From: Escherichia phage vB_EcoM_SHAK7858
DNA length: 44,517 bases
Sequence record: OR594183
Strand: one strand, 5' to 3'
Shown: piece after piece, positions 8,686 to 17,353 of the stretch
How the letters are laid out: the number at the start of each line of letters is the position of its first letter
How positions within the stretch are numbered: position 1 is the stretch's first letter
The notes under the pieces: generated by a model
Told to the model about the DNA's origin: nothing
What the model saw: only the letters and a program-made list of their open reading frames with translations
The model's database searches: none
Made by a program: the position numbers and the translations under genes

Positions 8686-9300
8686 ATGGCGAAGACTAAA
8701 TCAGAGATATTCACGCTAATCGGTTCCGAGCTACCGGACAACACGACCGGACTTATTACGCCTGCGAAGTTGCGCGGGGTATTAACCCAGATGGCTGACT
8801 CACCTATTTACGCCACTCCGGGTGTTAAAGAGGTTGAAGTTCTCCGCGCTGCGTCGACAGTAGCGCAAGCGCCTACCGCAGTAGATACGGCGTTGCAGGT
8901 ATCGTTCGGCTCTGATCAGGGTAGTGCATCTGACCCGGTAATGATTAATGCTGCGGGGCTGGTTACATTCAACACCGCGGGTAACTATGCCGTTCGCATC
9001 AAGTTACAGGCCGGTCGCTCCGGCGCTAGCGGAACGTCTATCCTGTTGTCGCGTATCCTCATTAACGGCGCTCAGTACGGCTCACCAGCAGCTACGAAAC
9101 TTGTTAGCTCGGAAACCACCATCCCTATTGAATCCCGTGTAGTGATTAACCCAACCGCCGGGCAAACATTCGCCGTTCAGATTATGCGAGATAGCGCCGG
9201 GACTAACTTCGGAGGCGTATACCCGCGGGTGGCTACTGTAACTGCATGGGGCACGGCACCGTCCGCGCTACTGGTTATTTCGAGACTGGAGGCTGCCTGA
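8686..9300 (+). CDS. Hypothetical structural protein
   Basis: 204 aa ORF in the neck region, translationally coupled to its neighbours. Confidence 0.4.
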   Translation: MAKTKSEIFTLIGSELPDNTTGLITPAKLRGVLTQMADSPIYATPGVKEVEVLRAASTVAQAPTAVDTALQVSFGSDQGSASDPVMINAAGLVTFNTAGNYAVRIKLQAGRSGASGTSILLSRILINGAQYGSPAATKLVSSETTIPIESRVVINPTAGQTFAVQIMRDSAGTNFGGVYPRVATVTAWGTAPSALLVISRLEAA

Positions 9301-9659
9301 TGAGCACTGCTTTCAGTAAACGTATGCAAGGCGTGGGTACACGCCTGCTAACCAAATTCGGTAGCACGGTATCTCTGATTCGCGCTGGCTCGAAAGTGTG
9401 GGATGAAGTTCTCGGTGAGTACGTCTGGTCTGCGGACGAAGTGTTGCCGTTGAAGGCCGTTCCGGTTCCTGTTAATGCGGGTCTGGTGAACGGTACGACG
9501 ATTCAGGCTGGTGACATGATTGTTAAAGCCGATTACAGCGTCGTTCCTAAGATGGAAGACAAAGTGCAATTCGGCGGCGAGCAATGGTCCGTCGTAGCCA
9601 TTGAGAAGAAGGTGGTTAACGATGATGTTGTGGCCTACTTTATTCAGGTGAGAAAATGA
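9300..9659 (+). CDS. Putative head-tail joining protein
   Basis: Position only; SD tggagg before the ATG at 9300. Confidence 0.4.
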   Translation: MSTAFSKRMQGVGTRLLTKFGSTVSLIRAGSKVWDEVLGEYVWSADEVLPLKAVPVPVNAGLVNGTTIQAGDMIVKADYSVVPKMEDKVQFGGEQWSVVAIEKKVVNDDVVAYFIQVRK

Positions 9660-10051
9660 GTTTCGCGCTGGACGTCTCTAAGTTCGTGGAAAAGGCGAAG
9701 AAGAACCCTGAGAAGGTGATGCGTCAGGTGTCTATCAAGCTGTTTTCCGCTATTATAAAGGCGAGTCCGGTAGATACTGGTCGGTTTCGCATGAACTGGA
9801 TGGCATCTGGCGGTACTCCTGCTTCCGGGATTACGGATGCTACGGATAAATCAGGAAACACAGCAACCGGAAACGCTACAAGTTTCGTGCTGAAAGCCAC
9901 CGACTGGCATGAGTTCACGCTGACAAATAACCTGCCGTATGCACAACGGCTGGAGTATGGCTGGTCGCAACAGGCCCCGCAAGGATTCGTCAGGACTAAC
10001 GTGTCCCGCTTCCAGCAACTCATTAACGAAGAAGCTAGCAAGGTGAGATGA
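9656..10051 (+). CDS. Putative neck/tail-completion protein (HK97 gp10-like)
   Basis: DTGRFRMNW motif resembles the gp10 family signature; position. Confidence 0.4.
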   Translation: MSFALDVSKFVEKAKKNPEKVMRQVSIKLFSAIIKASPVDTGRFRMNWMASGGTPASGITDATDKSGNTATGNATSFVLKATDWHEFTLTNNLPYAQRLEYGWSQQAPQGFVRTNVSRFQQLINEEASKVR

Positions 10052-10464
10052 TGGGCTACTTTGAGGACTTAACAAAAGCGTTTGATGTGCCGCTGGTAGC
10101 CTTCGGAACCACCAACGGCATCAAGGTAGCGCTTGAAAACATCGACGCGCCGACGTCAACAGATACGCCGTATCTGGCAAGTTACATGTTGCTGGCGGAT
10201 ACCGAGCAGGCTGACTTATTCTTCACGGAACAACGCGCCGGTGTCTATCAGATAGACATTAACTACGCATCGGTGAAAGGTAGCGCGCCAATCAATAAAA
10301 TGGCAGACTTACTTAACACGGCGTTTAAATCAGGTAAGGCATTTTCGCGTAACGACATCTGCGCCGAGGTTCAATCGGTTAGCCTGGGGCCGCTGATTGT
10401 AGAAAACGGATGGGCCAAACGACCATTGTCAATTAACTTTATTGCATTCACCAAGAGGCTGTGA
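10048..10464 (+). CDS. Putative tail terminator/completion protein
   Basis: Position immediately upstream of the major tail protein gene. Confidence 0.4.
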   Translation: MMGYFEDLTKAFDVPLVAFGTTNGIKVALENIDAPTSTDTPYLASYMLLADTEQADLFFTEQRAGVYQIDINYASVKGSAPINKMADLLNTAFKSGKAFSRNDICAEVQSVSLGPLIVENGWAKRPLSINFIAFTKRL

Positions 10465-10466
10465 AT

Positions 10467-11633
10467 ATGGCTACAACTCCTTTTAAGGGCGCGAATACCG
10501 CGCAATTCTATGTGGCGGAAAATACCCCTGGCGTAACACCGACTAACCCGGTATGGTCGCCGTTGCGTAACACGGGCGGCGTTCCCGCTGTAACCCGCGA
10601 TGCACTGACTTCCAACGAACTGGACGGCAGCCGTGAAACTACATCCATCCGAACCGGTAACAAACAGGTTAGCGGGGAGTACGCCATCGAACTTAGCTCT
10701 CGTAGCCAGGATGATTTCCTTGCGGGAGCGATGACTTCTACGTGGCAAGCTGGGGTAGAGATTACTGGCGCCGAAATTACGGTCGCCCCAGCAGGTAAAA
10801 CATTCACCCGCGCTGCCGGTAGCTTCATTACTGACGGTGTAGAAGTTGGCGACCTGATTGCGTTCACCGACTTAACCGGCGACAACGCAAAACCGTTTAT
10901 CGTGACCGCGGTTTCCGCTCTGGTAGTTACGGGCGCAGGTATTCAGCACACGCTGACAGCAGAGACAGTAACCACTGACGCAAAAACTGGCGACAAGCTG
11001 GAAACCGGTAACGCGTGTAAGACGTTCTCCATCCTGACGTGGTTCAAGGGCCAGTGTGGTAACCCGGGCGCGTACATGCTGACCAAAGGTGTGGAAATCT
11101 CTGGCTTTACCGTAGAGCAGGCGGTTAACGCCATGGTCACCGGCAGCTTCCCGTTCATCGGCCTGAGTCAGGAGATTCTTACCGCGCCGCCGTCTGGCTC
11201 TGATTTCTCTCAGGTTACGTTCACCGATGAGCCGTTCTCGTCGGTAGATGTGTCGGTGTTCGATGGCTCCACGCCGTTGCGTTGCGATACTCTCACCATC
11301 ACCAACGACAACGGAGCTTCCGCGCAGTTCGAACTCGGTAACAGTAGCGTGGCGTTCGTCGAACGTGGACGCGCAGCTAACACATTCTCTATCTCTGGCA
11401 AGCTGTACGACATGGCGATGATTCAGAAGTTTATCAACGAGCAGCAGGTAGAGATTAACTCTATTCTGGCGGGGGTAAACGGGGCTATGTCTTTCAGTTT
11501 GAAACGCGCAGAGCTTACGGCGGTTACACCAGAGATTGGCGGACCTGAGTCAATCACTCAGTCCATTGAGGGGCAGGCCACCGGCAACCAGTACCAGTCG
11601 TCTATCGTAATTCAACGTATCACCTACGCATAA
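10467..11633 (+). CDS. Major tail protein (putative)
   Basis: 389 aa ORF between the neck genes and the chaperone/tape-measure genes, with SD aagagg and a strong terminator downstream. Confidence 0.55.
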   Translation: MATTPFKGANTAQFYVAENTPGVTPTNPVWSPLRNTGGVPAVTRDALTSNELDGSRETTSIRTGNKQVSGEYAIELSSRSQDDFLAGAMTSTWQAGVEITGAEITVAPAGKTFTRAAGSFITDGVEVGDLIAFTDLTGDNAKPFIVTAVSALVVTGAGIQHTLTAETVTTDAKTGDKLETGNACKTFSILTWFKGQCGNPGAYMLTKGVEISGFTVEQAVNAMVTGSFPFIGLSQEILTAPPSGSDFSQVTFTDEPFSSVDVSVFDGSTPLRCDTLTITNDNGASAQFELGNSSVAFVERGRAANTFSISGKLYDMAMIQKFINEQQVEINSILAGVNGAMSFSLKRAELTAVTPEIGGPESITQSIEGQATGNQYQSSIVIQRITYA

Positions 11634-11638
11634 AACTA

Positions 11639-11662
11639 AGGCCCCTTTCGGGGCCTTTTTCT
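11639..11662. terminator. Bidirectional rho-independent terminator
   Basis: aggcccc-tttc-ggggcct with T-run on the + strand and A-run upstream; between convergent genes. Confidence 0.65.
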
Positions 11663-12216
11663 TACAAACCTAATTTTAAAGCAATGTCTATAACGTTCGA
11701 TTTAACGTCACCCGGTATGATGTAGGTGTCGTAATCTTTTACACCACTAACATCATACAGATAGCCACGGCTATCGCCGATGAACGTATAGCCGTCACGA
11801 TGGAGGCGGACGATTCGCACGTCATGCCCCGCGGCGACGATAGGGGCAACTTCACTGGCGAATCCACCATCGGACACTACAAAAACTTCGTCGCCGTCAG
11901 GCAAGTTTTCAGCAAGATACTTACCGAAATAATCATCGCCGAATACCGGTTTAATGAATTGCTCAGAAATGGCAATCATTAACCGGCGGCGGGACAACCC
12001 ATTAAGAAAACCCTCGGGTTTTTCTTTCCGCGCCCGGTCGTCGTAGCCGTCGAGAAAGTCGTGGTAAGCATCCGGGCCTAACGCTGCCAAAGCAATATTG
12101 AACATTGGATTCTTGAAACTGGTAGTTCCTTTCGCAAAGCCCATTTCTACCAGCGCCATAGCAAGCGTGTCTTTCCCGCAACCCGCAGGGCCATTAAGAA
12201 TAATTACCTTAGCCAT
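11662..12216 (-). CDS. P-loop nucleotide kinase (dNMP-kinase-like)
   Basis: N-terminal Walker A GPAGCGKDT resembling phage deoxynucleoside-monophosphate kinases. Confidence 0.6.
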   Translation of the reverse strand: MAKVIILNGPAGCGKDTLAMALVEMGFAKGTTSFKNPMFNIALAALGPDAYHDFLDGYDDRARKEKPEGFLNGLSRRRLMIAISEQFIKPVFGDDYFGKYLAENLPDGDEVFVVSDGGFASEVAPIVAAGHDVRIVRLHRDGYTFIGDSRGYLYDVSGVKDYDTYIIPGDVKSNVIDIALKLGL

Positions 12217-12704
12217 TATTTATCGCTCCCGTGTGGTTTTAAGTGTGTAGAGTTCCCGTTACAGTCGTATTCGGTAACTGCGTGTGCGGTTATGCCGAGG
12301 TCACGGAAATGCTTTATTACCGCTGGAGAGTCGTCGAACGCACACAAGATTCTTTCCAGTCCGAAAGCACGCAACACCTCTTCTTTAATTACGATGTCTT
12401 TTCTGTTGTCGTGTTTGCTGCGCATGATTAGCGTGTCAAACCTAACGTTATTCTCTCGTAACCATTCGCGAGTCTCCTCCTCAGCGTCATCACTTCGCCC
12501 GGTAAGGATAATTATAGTAAGTCCGGAATGCCACAGTACGCTACACAAATGGATATTGTCGTATATCGGAGCGTCATCTTTGCAGGCCATGTTAAATGGC
12601 TTCCACGCCCACGTTTCTCCGTAGTTATCTTTTGGTAACAGGTGTAAGCGATGGGTACCGTCGGCCAATGTCCCGTCTAAATCGAAAATTACAATATCTT
12701 TCAT
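12216..12704 (-). CDS. HAD-superfamily phosphatase (5'-nucleotidase or polynucleotide 3'-phosphatase-like)
   Basis: Motif I FDLDGTL at the N-terminus, downstream motifs consistent with the HAD fold. Confidence 0.65.
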   Translation of the reverse strand: MKDIVIFDLDGTLADGTHRLHLLPKDNYGETWAWKPFNMACKDDAPIYDNIHLCSVLWHSGLTIIILTGRSDDAEEETREWLRENNVRFDTLIMRSKHDNRKDIVIKEEVLRAFGLERILCAFDDSPAVIKHFRDLGITAHAVTEYDCNGNSTHLKPHGSDK

Positions 12705-13831
12705 CCCAGCATCTCCGGTGAAATAGTTAAACGTGCGACCTCGCCATATTCGGCGCTATAAGTAATTACATTTGCACTGCGGCCCGACATCCATCCGCCG
12801 CGAGAGGCGTAGGCGTCTTTAGCCGCTAAGGTGCGGTGTTGCTCAACAATCATGTTACGGCTTTCTACAATCTTCTGGTGGTGCAGATGGCCTACGTGGG
12901 CGTAGCTGTAAACACTCTCGCCGAACGCTTTACGGAACTTGGCAATCATAACCGGTTCGATAGCGTCGAATCGTGCTTTATGCCCGTGATGGAAGAACAG
13001 CGTCGTTTTGCCGTGTTGCACCATCTTATAAACATCCGGCGACGTATCGACGAATACACGAGGCTCGTTGTCGTACAGTGTGCTGAACATCTCCGCCAGC
13101 CAAATCATCCCGGATTCGTCGTGGTTCCCCTGAACTATAAGCAAGCGAACAGTTTTATGCTTAACCAGAGCCATATCAACAACACGGCGGACCATGCGAA
13201 TCATGTAGCGGACAAGTTTCTGGTAACGCGTGTCGGCGTCAAGGACATGACCACTCGCCGGTGTAACGGCGTCAAGACTATCGAAGTGAGCTAAGTCGCC
13301 AAGAAGATTAATAACCCCCGTACCTGCATCCGGTGCTTTCTGAAACGCAGCATCAAACCAACGAGAGAATAAGTCCTCCGCGATTTTCATATCCCAGTCG
13401 TCGCCGCTCTCGTCAGCCCAGGCTAACATACCGAGATGGAAATCAGACACGGTGTACAGGTTAAGCAGCTTGTCGTCACGTTTAGCCCGGGCGGCCTTAA
13501 CTGGCGGAACGGGAGTAATCTCCGACTTCATGCCTTCGACTACGGCTTTCATCAACTCAACCTGACGTTCGGCATCGGTGTCTGTCTTAACCCACTGCAA
13601 CTTAGTGTTACCGAACTCGTCCACCAGAGACGACGTGCCTTTAATCTTGTAGCCGTCTGGTACAAGGTGGCTTACGTCCCGCCCGTGGCCTACGCCTTTC
13701 TTAGCCAGCTTCGCTTTACGGATTCGGATAACGCGGTCTGAGATTCCGTATTTACGGGCGATATCGATATTCTTCATCCCGGCGTTCAATTCTTCCTGTA
13801 ATTGCTCGTCGGTTATTTTCTTCTGGGCCAT
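12701..13831 (-). CDS. HTH-fused calcineurin-like metallophosphoesterase (Mre11/SbcD-like motifs)
   Basis: N-terminal HTH (NIDIARKYGISDRVIRIRK), then DFHLG, GDLAH, GNHD, HHGH and GHLHH motifs. Start taken at the ATG with SD gaggaag; ORF track extends to 13936. Confidence 0.65.
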   Translation of the reverse strand: MAQKKITDEQLQEELNAGMKNIDIARKYGISDRVIRIRKAKLAKKGVGHGRDVSHLVPDGYKIKGTSSLVDEFGNTKLQWVKTDTDAERQVELMKAVVEGMKSEITPVPPVKAARAKRDDKLLNLYTVSDFHLGMLAWADESGDDWDMKIAEDLFSRWFDAAFQKAPDAGTGVINLLGDLAHFDSLDAVTPASGHVLDADTRYQKLVRYMIRMVRRVVDMALVKHKTVRLLIVQGNHDESGMIWLAEMFSTLYDNEPRVFVDTSPDVYKMVQHGKTTLFFHHGHKARFDAIEPVMIAKFRKAFGESVYSYAHVGHLHHQKIVESRNMIVEQHRTLAAKDAYASRGGWMSGRSANVITYSAEYGEVARLTISPEMLG

Positions 13832-13869
13832 GCTTACTTCCTCGTGTTTAGGATTTGTCTTATAGTAGC

Positions 13870-14061
13870 CTACTTCTCTTTCACGTTCGAGTTGCAAGCC
13901 CAGATTAAAATGAATACCCACGGCAACAGAATCCACCCGAGAAATAAGTTAGCCATGAATATCGCCAGCTTTGCTTTATGGTTACGCATATGTGCCACCA
14001 AAAACGGGATAAAATAAACGGCTACAAAAATAATTAAGAAGAACATAGTGATACCGGTCAT
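13870..14061 (-). CDS. Small two-TM membrane protein, superinfection-immunity (Imm)-like
   Basis: Two hydrophobic helices and NLFLGW motif; AT-rich. Start taken at the internal ATG preceded by SD aggag; ORF track extends to 14088. Confidence 0.5.
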   Translation of the reverse strand: MTGITMFFLIIFVAVYFIPFLVAHMRNHKAKLAIFMANLFLGWILLPWVFILIWACNSNVKEK

Positions 14062-14103
14062 AACATAACTCCTGATTTGAGATAACATCGTTGGTGTAAG
14101 TGA

Positions 14104-14132
14104 ATAGTACGCTATTATATTGGGGTGTGCAA
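14104..14132 (-). promoter_or_regulatory. Sigma70-like promoter (TTGCAC-N17-TACTAT) with embedded palindrome TGAATAG-N4-CTATTAT
   Basis: Same architecture as the promoter at 4550-4578; drives the reverse-strand cassette. Confidence 0.45.
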
Positions 14133-14239
14133 GTAGTGTGCTAGAATAATTTTGCGCCTAGTGTCGCACACGAAAAGCGGGTGGTTCCCGTCTGGCGCAT
14201 TTCCTTTAACCAGTAACCTCTTAACCAAAGGATTAAAGA

Positions 14240-14656
14240 ATGAAACTTTCTGATTTTTATTACGAAGCGGAAGCCGAAAAGGGCGCACGTATGCCGATAC
14301 CGCTAAAAGACGGTACTGATTCCGGGGAATGGCTTAATGTTGTTTCTCCTGAGGCGGACGTTGCCGTTAAGGCTATGCGCGCGTTCACCCTTGCATACCG
14401 GGCAGTATTAGGGAAATTAAAACCGCTTCGTGATAAGTGCGAAGAGATGAAAGATTTCTCTGAATACAACCTGAAGATGGAAGACGCGGCGACGGACCTT
14501 AACCGTCAGTTAGCGATTGAATTGGTTAACGGGTGGAGCCTTGACGACGAATTCAATAAAGAGAATCTGAACACACTCCTGACGCAATATAAACGACTCG
14601 CGGAACTTGTTGTTGTGTTTCATAACGAACAACTGCACCAGCTACAGGAAAAGTAG
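14240..14656 (+). CDS. Tail assembly chaperone (gpG-like, putative)
   Basis: Position immediately upstream of the tape measure gene. Confidence 0.5.
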   Translation: MKLSDFYYEAEAEKGARMPIPLKDGTDSGEWLNVVSPEADVAVKAMRAFTLAYRAVLGKLKPLRDKCEEMKDFSEYNLKMEDAATDLNRQLAIELVNGWSLDDEFNKENLNTLLTQYKRLAELVVVFHNEQLHQLQEK

Positions 14657-14661
14657 ACGCG

Positions 14662-15021
14662 TTGCTCCAGTTCGCCCGTTGGAACTTCATAACCCGCCAC
14701 AAACGGCGGGAATTTGACAGTATCGCCGATGGGCATAAAGCCGCGCTAATTGCTATGGGGGTTATGCAAGACGCGCCGGATGCAACGCAGGCCGCTGGGC
14801 CGGAATGCCCCCCTGAGCTACTAACCACATTTGAGAAGTACAGGGAAATTAAATTCACCCGCCGAGTGGACGACGACGGCATCAAGATGTATCCGCGTGA
14901 ACAGTTAAGATGGTCGGATTTAGTGGCATATAGCACCGTTTCAGGCCAGAATATAGGCATGTTTGAATCTGACATCATCATGAGCTTAGACGCTATTTTC
15001 GAGGGTAGAAACGATGGCTGA
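14662..15021 (+). CDS. Tail assembly chaperone second frame (possible -1 frameshift extension, gpGT-like)
   Basis: Lies in the -1 frame relative to 14240-14656, and that frame is already open from about 14626; no canonical slippery heptamer identified. Confidence 0.35.
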   Translation: MLQFARWNFITRHKRREFDSIADGHKAALIAMGVMQDAPDATQAAGPECPPELLTTFEKYREIKFTRRVDDDGIKMYPREQLRWSDLVAYSTVSGQNIGMFESDIIMSLDAIFEGRNDG

Positions 15022-17353
15022 TGTAGCTAGTTTAGTTGTAAAAGTATCAGAGCAAGGCGCGAAAGCTACATCAGACCGTCTTGATAACCTTTCCAAGTCT
15101 GCAAAGGTAGCCGGAGCTGCGGTAGCGGGCCTCGCTTCCATCGTCGCCGCTACCGCTTACAAGGCCGCACAGGAACTGGTAGAATCCCAACGGCAACTGG
15201 ACAAGATGTCCGCCAGTTTGAAGACCTTAACAGGAAGTACCCAAGGTGCTAAACAGGCGCTAAGTATCCTGCAAGATTTTGCCCGCGATACCCCATACGG
15301 ACTGGAGCAGGCGGTAGAGGGATTCCGTAAGCTGGTGGCCCTTGGCCTTACCCCATCCGAGGAGGCGTTGCGGTCCTACGGCAATACCGCATCGGCTATG
15401 GGCAAGGACCTTAATCAGATGATTGAGGCGGTAGCCGACGCCAGTACGTTTGAGTTCGAACGCCTAAAAGAATTCGGCATCAAAGCCAAGCAGAACAAAA
15501 ACGACGTAGAGTTTACATTCCAGGGGACAACAACCGTAGTTAAGAAAAGCGCTGCCGATATTGAGCAGTATTTACTTAATATTGGTAACGTAAATTTTGC
15601 CGGTGCCATGGCGGACCAGGCCAACACCCTTAATGGCGCTATCGCGAGCGCCAGTGACTCATGGTCGCAGCTAAAAATGACGCTTGCCACCAGTCTTGAT
15701 GTTGGCGCACTTGCGGAACCTATCAGGTATATCGATGACTTGATCCAGGAATTAAACGCGTCTGTTGCTTCCGGTGAATTAGCCGCTGAAATGCAGATGT
15801 GGGGCGACATAGCGTCGGAAGTAGGAAGCGCTATCGAGATGTCATTCGACGCTGCGTTTGGCTTTGTTGGTGATGCCATCAACGGGCTTAATGAACTGTG
15901 GGATTTCAGCAGCAAGAGTATTACCGATAGCGGAGAACAAACGGCCACCACCATCGCTGAATCCGCCGCCGATGCTCTTGACTTCATAGCGGAAGAGTTC
16001 ACCGCGATGGAGAGATTCTTTGAAGATATGGTTAAAGGTGCTCAGGACGCTGGCCGTCTTGTACGCGCCGCTTTTACCCCCGGGGAATCAGTAGACGTAG
16101 CTAAAAATATCAACTTCCAGCTTGGCATGGCTTTGGATACCCAGCGCGATGTCGCCGACGTTACGCGTAAAAGTTTCCGCGAACAGGTAGAAGCTCAACA
16201 GGATATTGTAGCGTTAAAACGCGCGGCGTATGACATCGATAAGGAGTCCGCAAAAGCTGAGGGGTTAAACAAATTTAAGGTAACCGGAACCGGCGGCGGT
16301 TCTGACGATGACGGGTCAGCCGCAAAAGCCGCTAAGAAAGCAGCGGACGCGTTCGAGCGCCAGAAAAAGGCGGCGGAAGACTTCTACTATCAGTCAATCC
16401 ATCTTAATGATGACGTATTTCAGAAAATAGAAGCTAACCAGGAAGAGCAACTGTCTAAGTTGCAGGATTTTTATAGCAATAAGCTTCTTAGCGACCAACA
16501 GTACGAAAACGCCAAGACGCAGATTATGCTCTCTGCCGAACAGGCCCGCCAGGAAGAACTGGACAAGAAAAGGAAAGAAGCCCAGGAGAAGCAGCAGAAA
16601 GGTGATGATTTCATGGCTCAGATTATGGGCCAGAACGCCACCGAGCTTGAGCTTCTGGATATTCAGGAACAGCAGAAACTGGCGGTAGCCGATAAGTACC
16701 GGGAACAAGGTCTGATTAGCGAGAAGCAGTATCAGGCCGCGCTTAACGCCATCAACGAGCAGTACGCAACCAAGCGTGCCGACGCAACGGCAACAGCTTT
16801 CGGTAACATGGCCTCAAACATCGGGTCTGCGTTGGGCGAGGCTTCTGGCGCGTATAAGGCATTCGCTATCGTACAGGCTACTATAGCCACGTACACCGCA
16901 GCTATTGAGGCATACAAGTCAACGGCGGCTATCCCTGTAGTCGGTCCGTTCCTGGCCCCAGTAGCCGCTGCTGCTGCTGTTGGGGCCGGTATGGCGCAGG
17001 TTTCCGCTATCAGGTCCGCGCGTGAACAGGGCGGTCAGTTATCAGCAGGACAGGCATCTACCATCGCCGAACGCGGTAAACCTGAGGTAATTATGCCGGC
17101 GGGGGCGTCGCGAGTACGCACCGCGCAACAAATGAAAGAGATTATGGGCCAAAACGGGTCTTCTTCCGGCCCATCTAATGTTACTATCGTAAACAACACG
17201 AGTTCGCAAATCGGCAACGTATCTACTGAACAGGATGATGAAGGGCGTCTGCGCATCATCATCGAGGAGCAGGTAGCTGCCTCTTTGCAGAACAGTAATA
17301 GTAAGATTAGCAAGGCCCGCAAGGCCACAAGAAACGCGCCGGGGTTTAAATAA
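15014..17353 (+). CDS. Tail tape measure protein
   Basis: 779 aa, helical with Ala/Gln/Glu-rich repeats and a Gly/Ala-rich hydrophobic segment near the C-terminus; canonical position. Confidence 0.85.
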   Translation: MADVASLVVKVSEQGAKATSDRLDNLSKSAKVAGAAVAGLASIVAATAYKAAQELVESQRQLDKMSASLKTLTGSTQGAKQALSILQDFARDTPYGLEQAVEGFRKLVALGLTPSEEALRSYGNTASAMGKDLNQMIEAVADASTFEFERLKEFGIKAKQNKNDVEFTFQGTTTVVKKSAADIEQYLLNIGNVNFAGAMADQANTLNGAIASASDSWSQLKMTLATSLDVGALAEPIRYIDDLIQELNASVASGELAAEMQMWGDIASEVGSAIEMSFDAAFGFVGDAINGLNELWDFSSKSITDSGEQTATTIAESAADALDFIAEEFTAMERFFEDMVKGAQDAGRLVRAAFTPGESVDVAKNINFQLGMALDTQRDVADVTRKSFREQVEAQQDIVALKRAAYDIDKESAKAEGLNKFKVTGTGGGSDDDGSAAKAAKKAADAFERQKKAAEDFYYQSIHLNDDVFQKIEANQEEQLSKLQDFYSNKLLSDQQYENAKTQIMLSAEQARQEELDKKRKEAQEKQQKGDDFMAQIMGQNATELELLDIQEQQKLAVADKYREQGLISEKQYQAALNAINEQYATKRADATATAFGNMASNIGSALGEASGAYKAFAIVQATIATYTAAIEAYKSTAAIPVVGPFLAPVAAAAAVGAGMAQVSAIRSAREQGGQLSAGQASTIAERGKPEVIMPAGASRVRTAQQMKEIMGQNGSSSGPSNVTIVNNTSSQIGNVSTEQDDEGRLRIIIEEQVAASLQNSNSKISKARKATRNAPGFK

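Noticed and set aside
12836-13294. 152-aa + strand ORF
   Set aside because: Antisense to the HTH-metallophosphoesterase gene, whose conserved motifs support the minus-strand frame.
15415-16708. Minus-strand ORFs of 195 and 104 aa inside the tape measure gene
   Set aside because: Antisense to a strongly supported 779-aa gene; repetitive, low-complexity translations; no start context.
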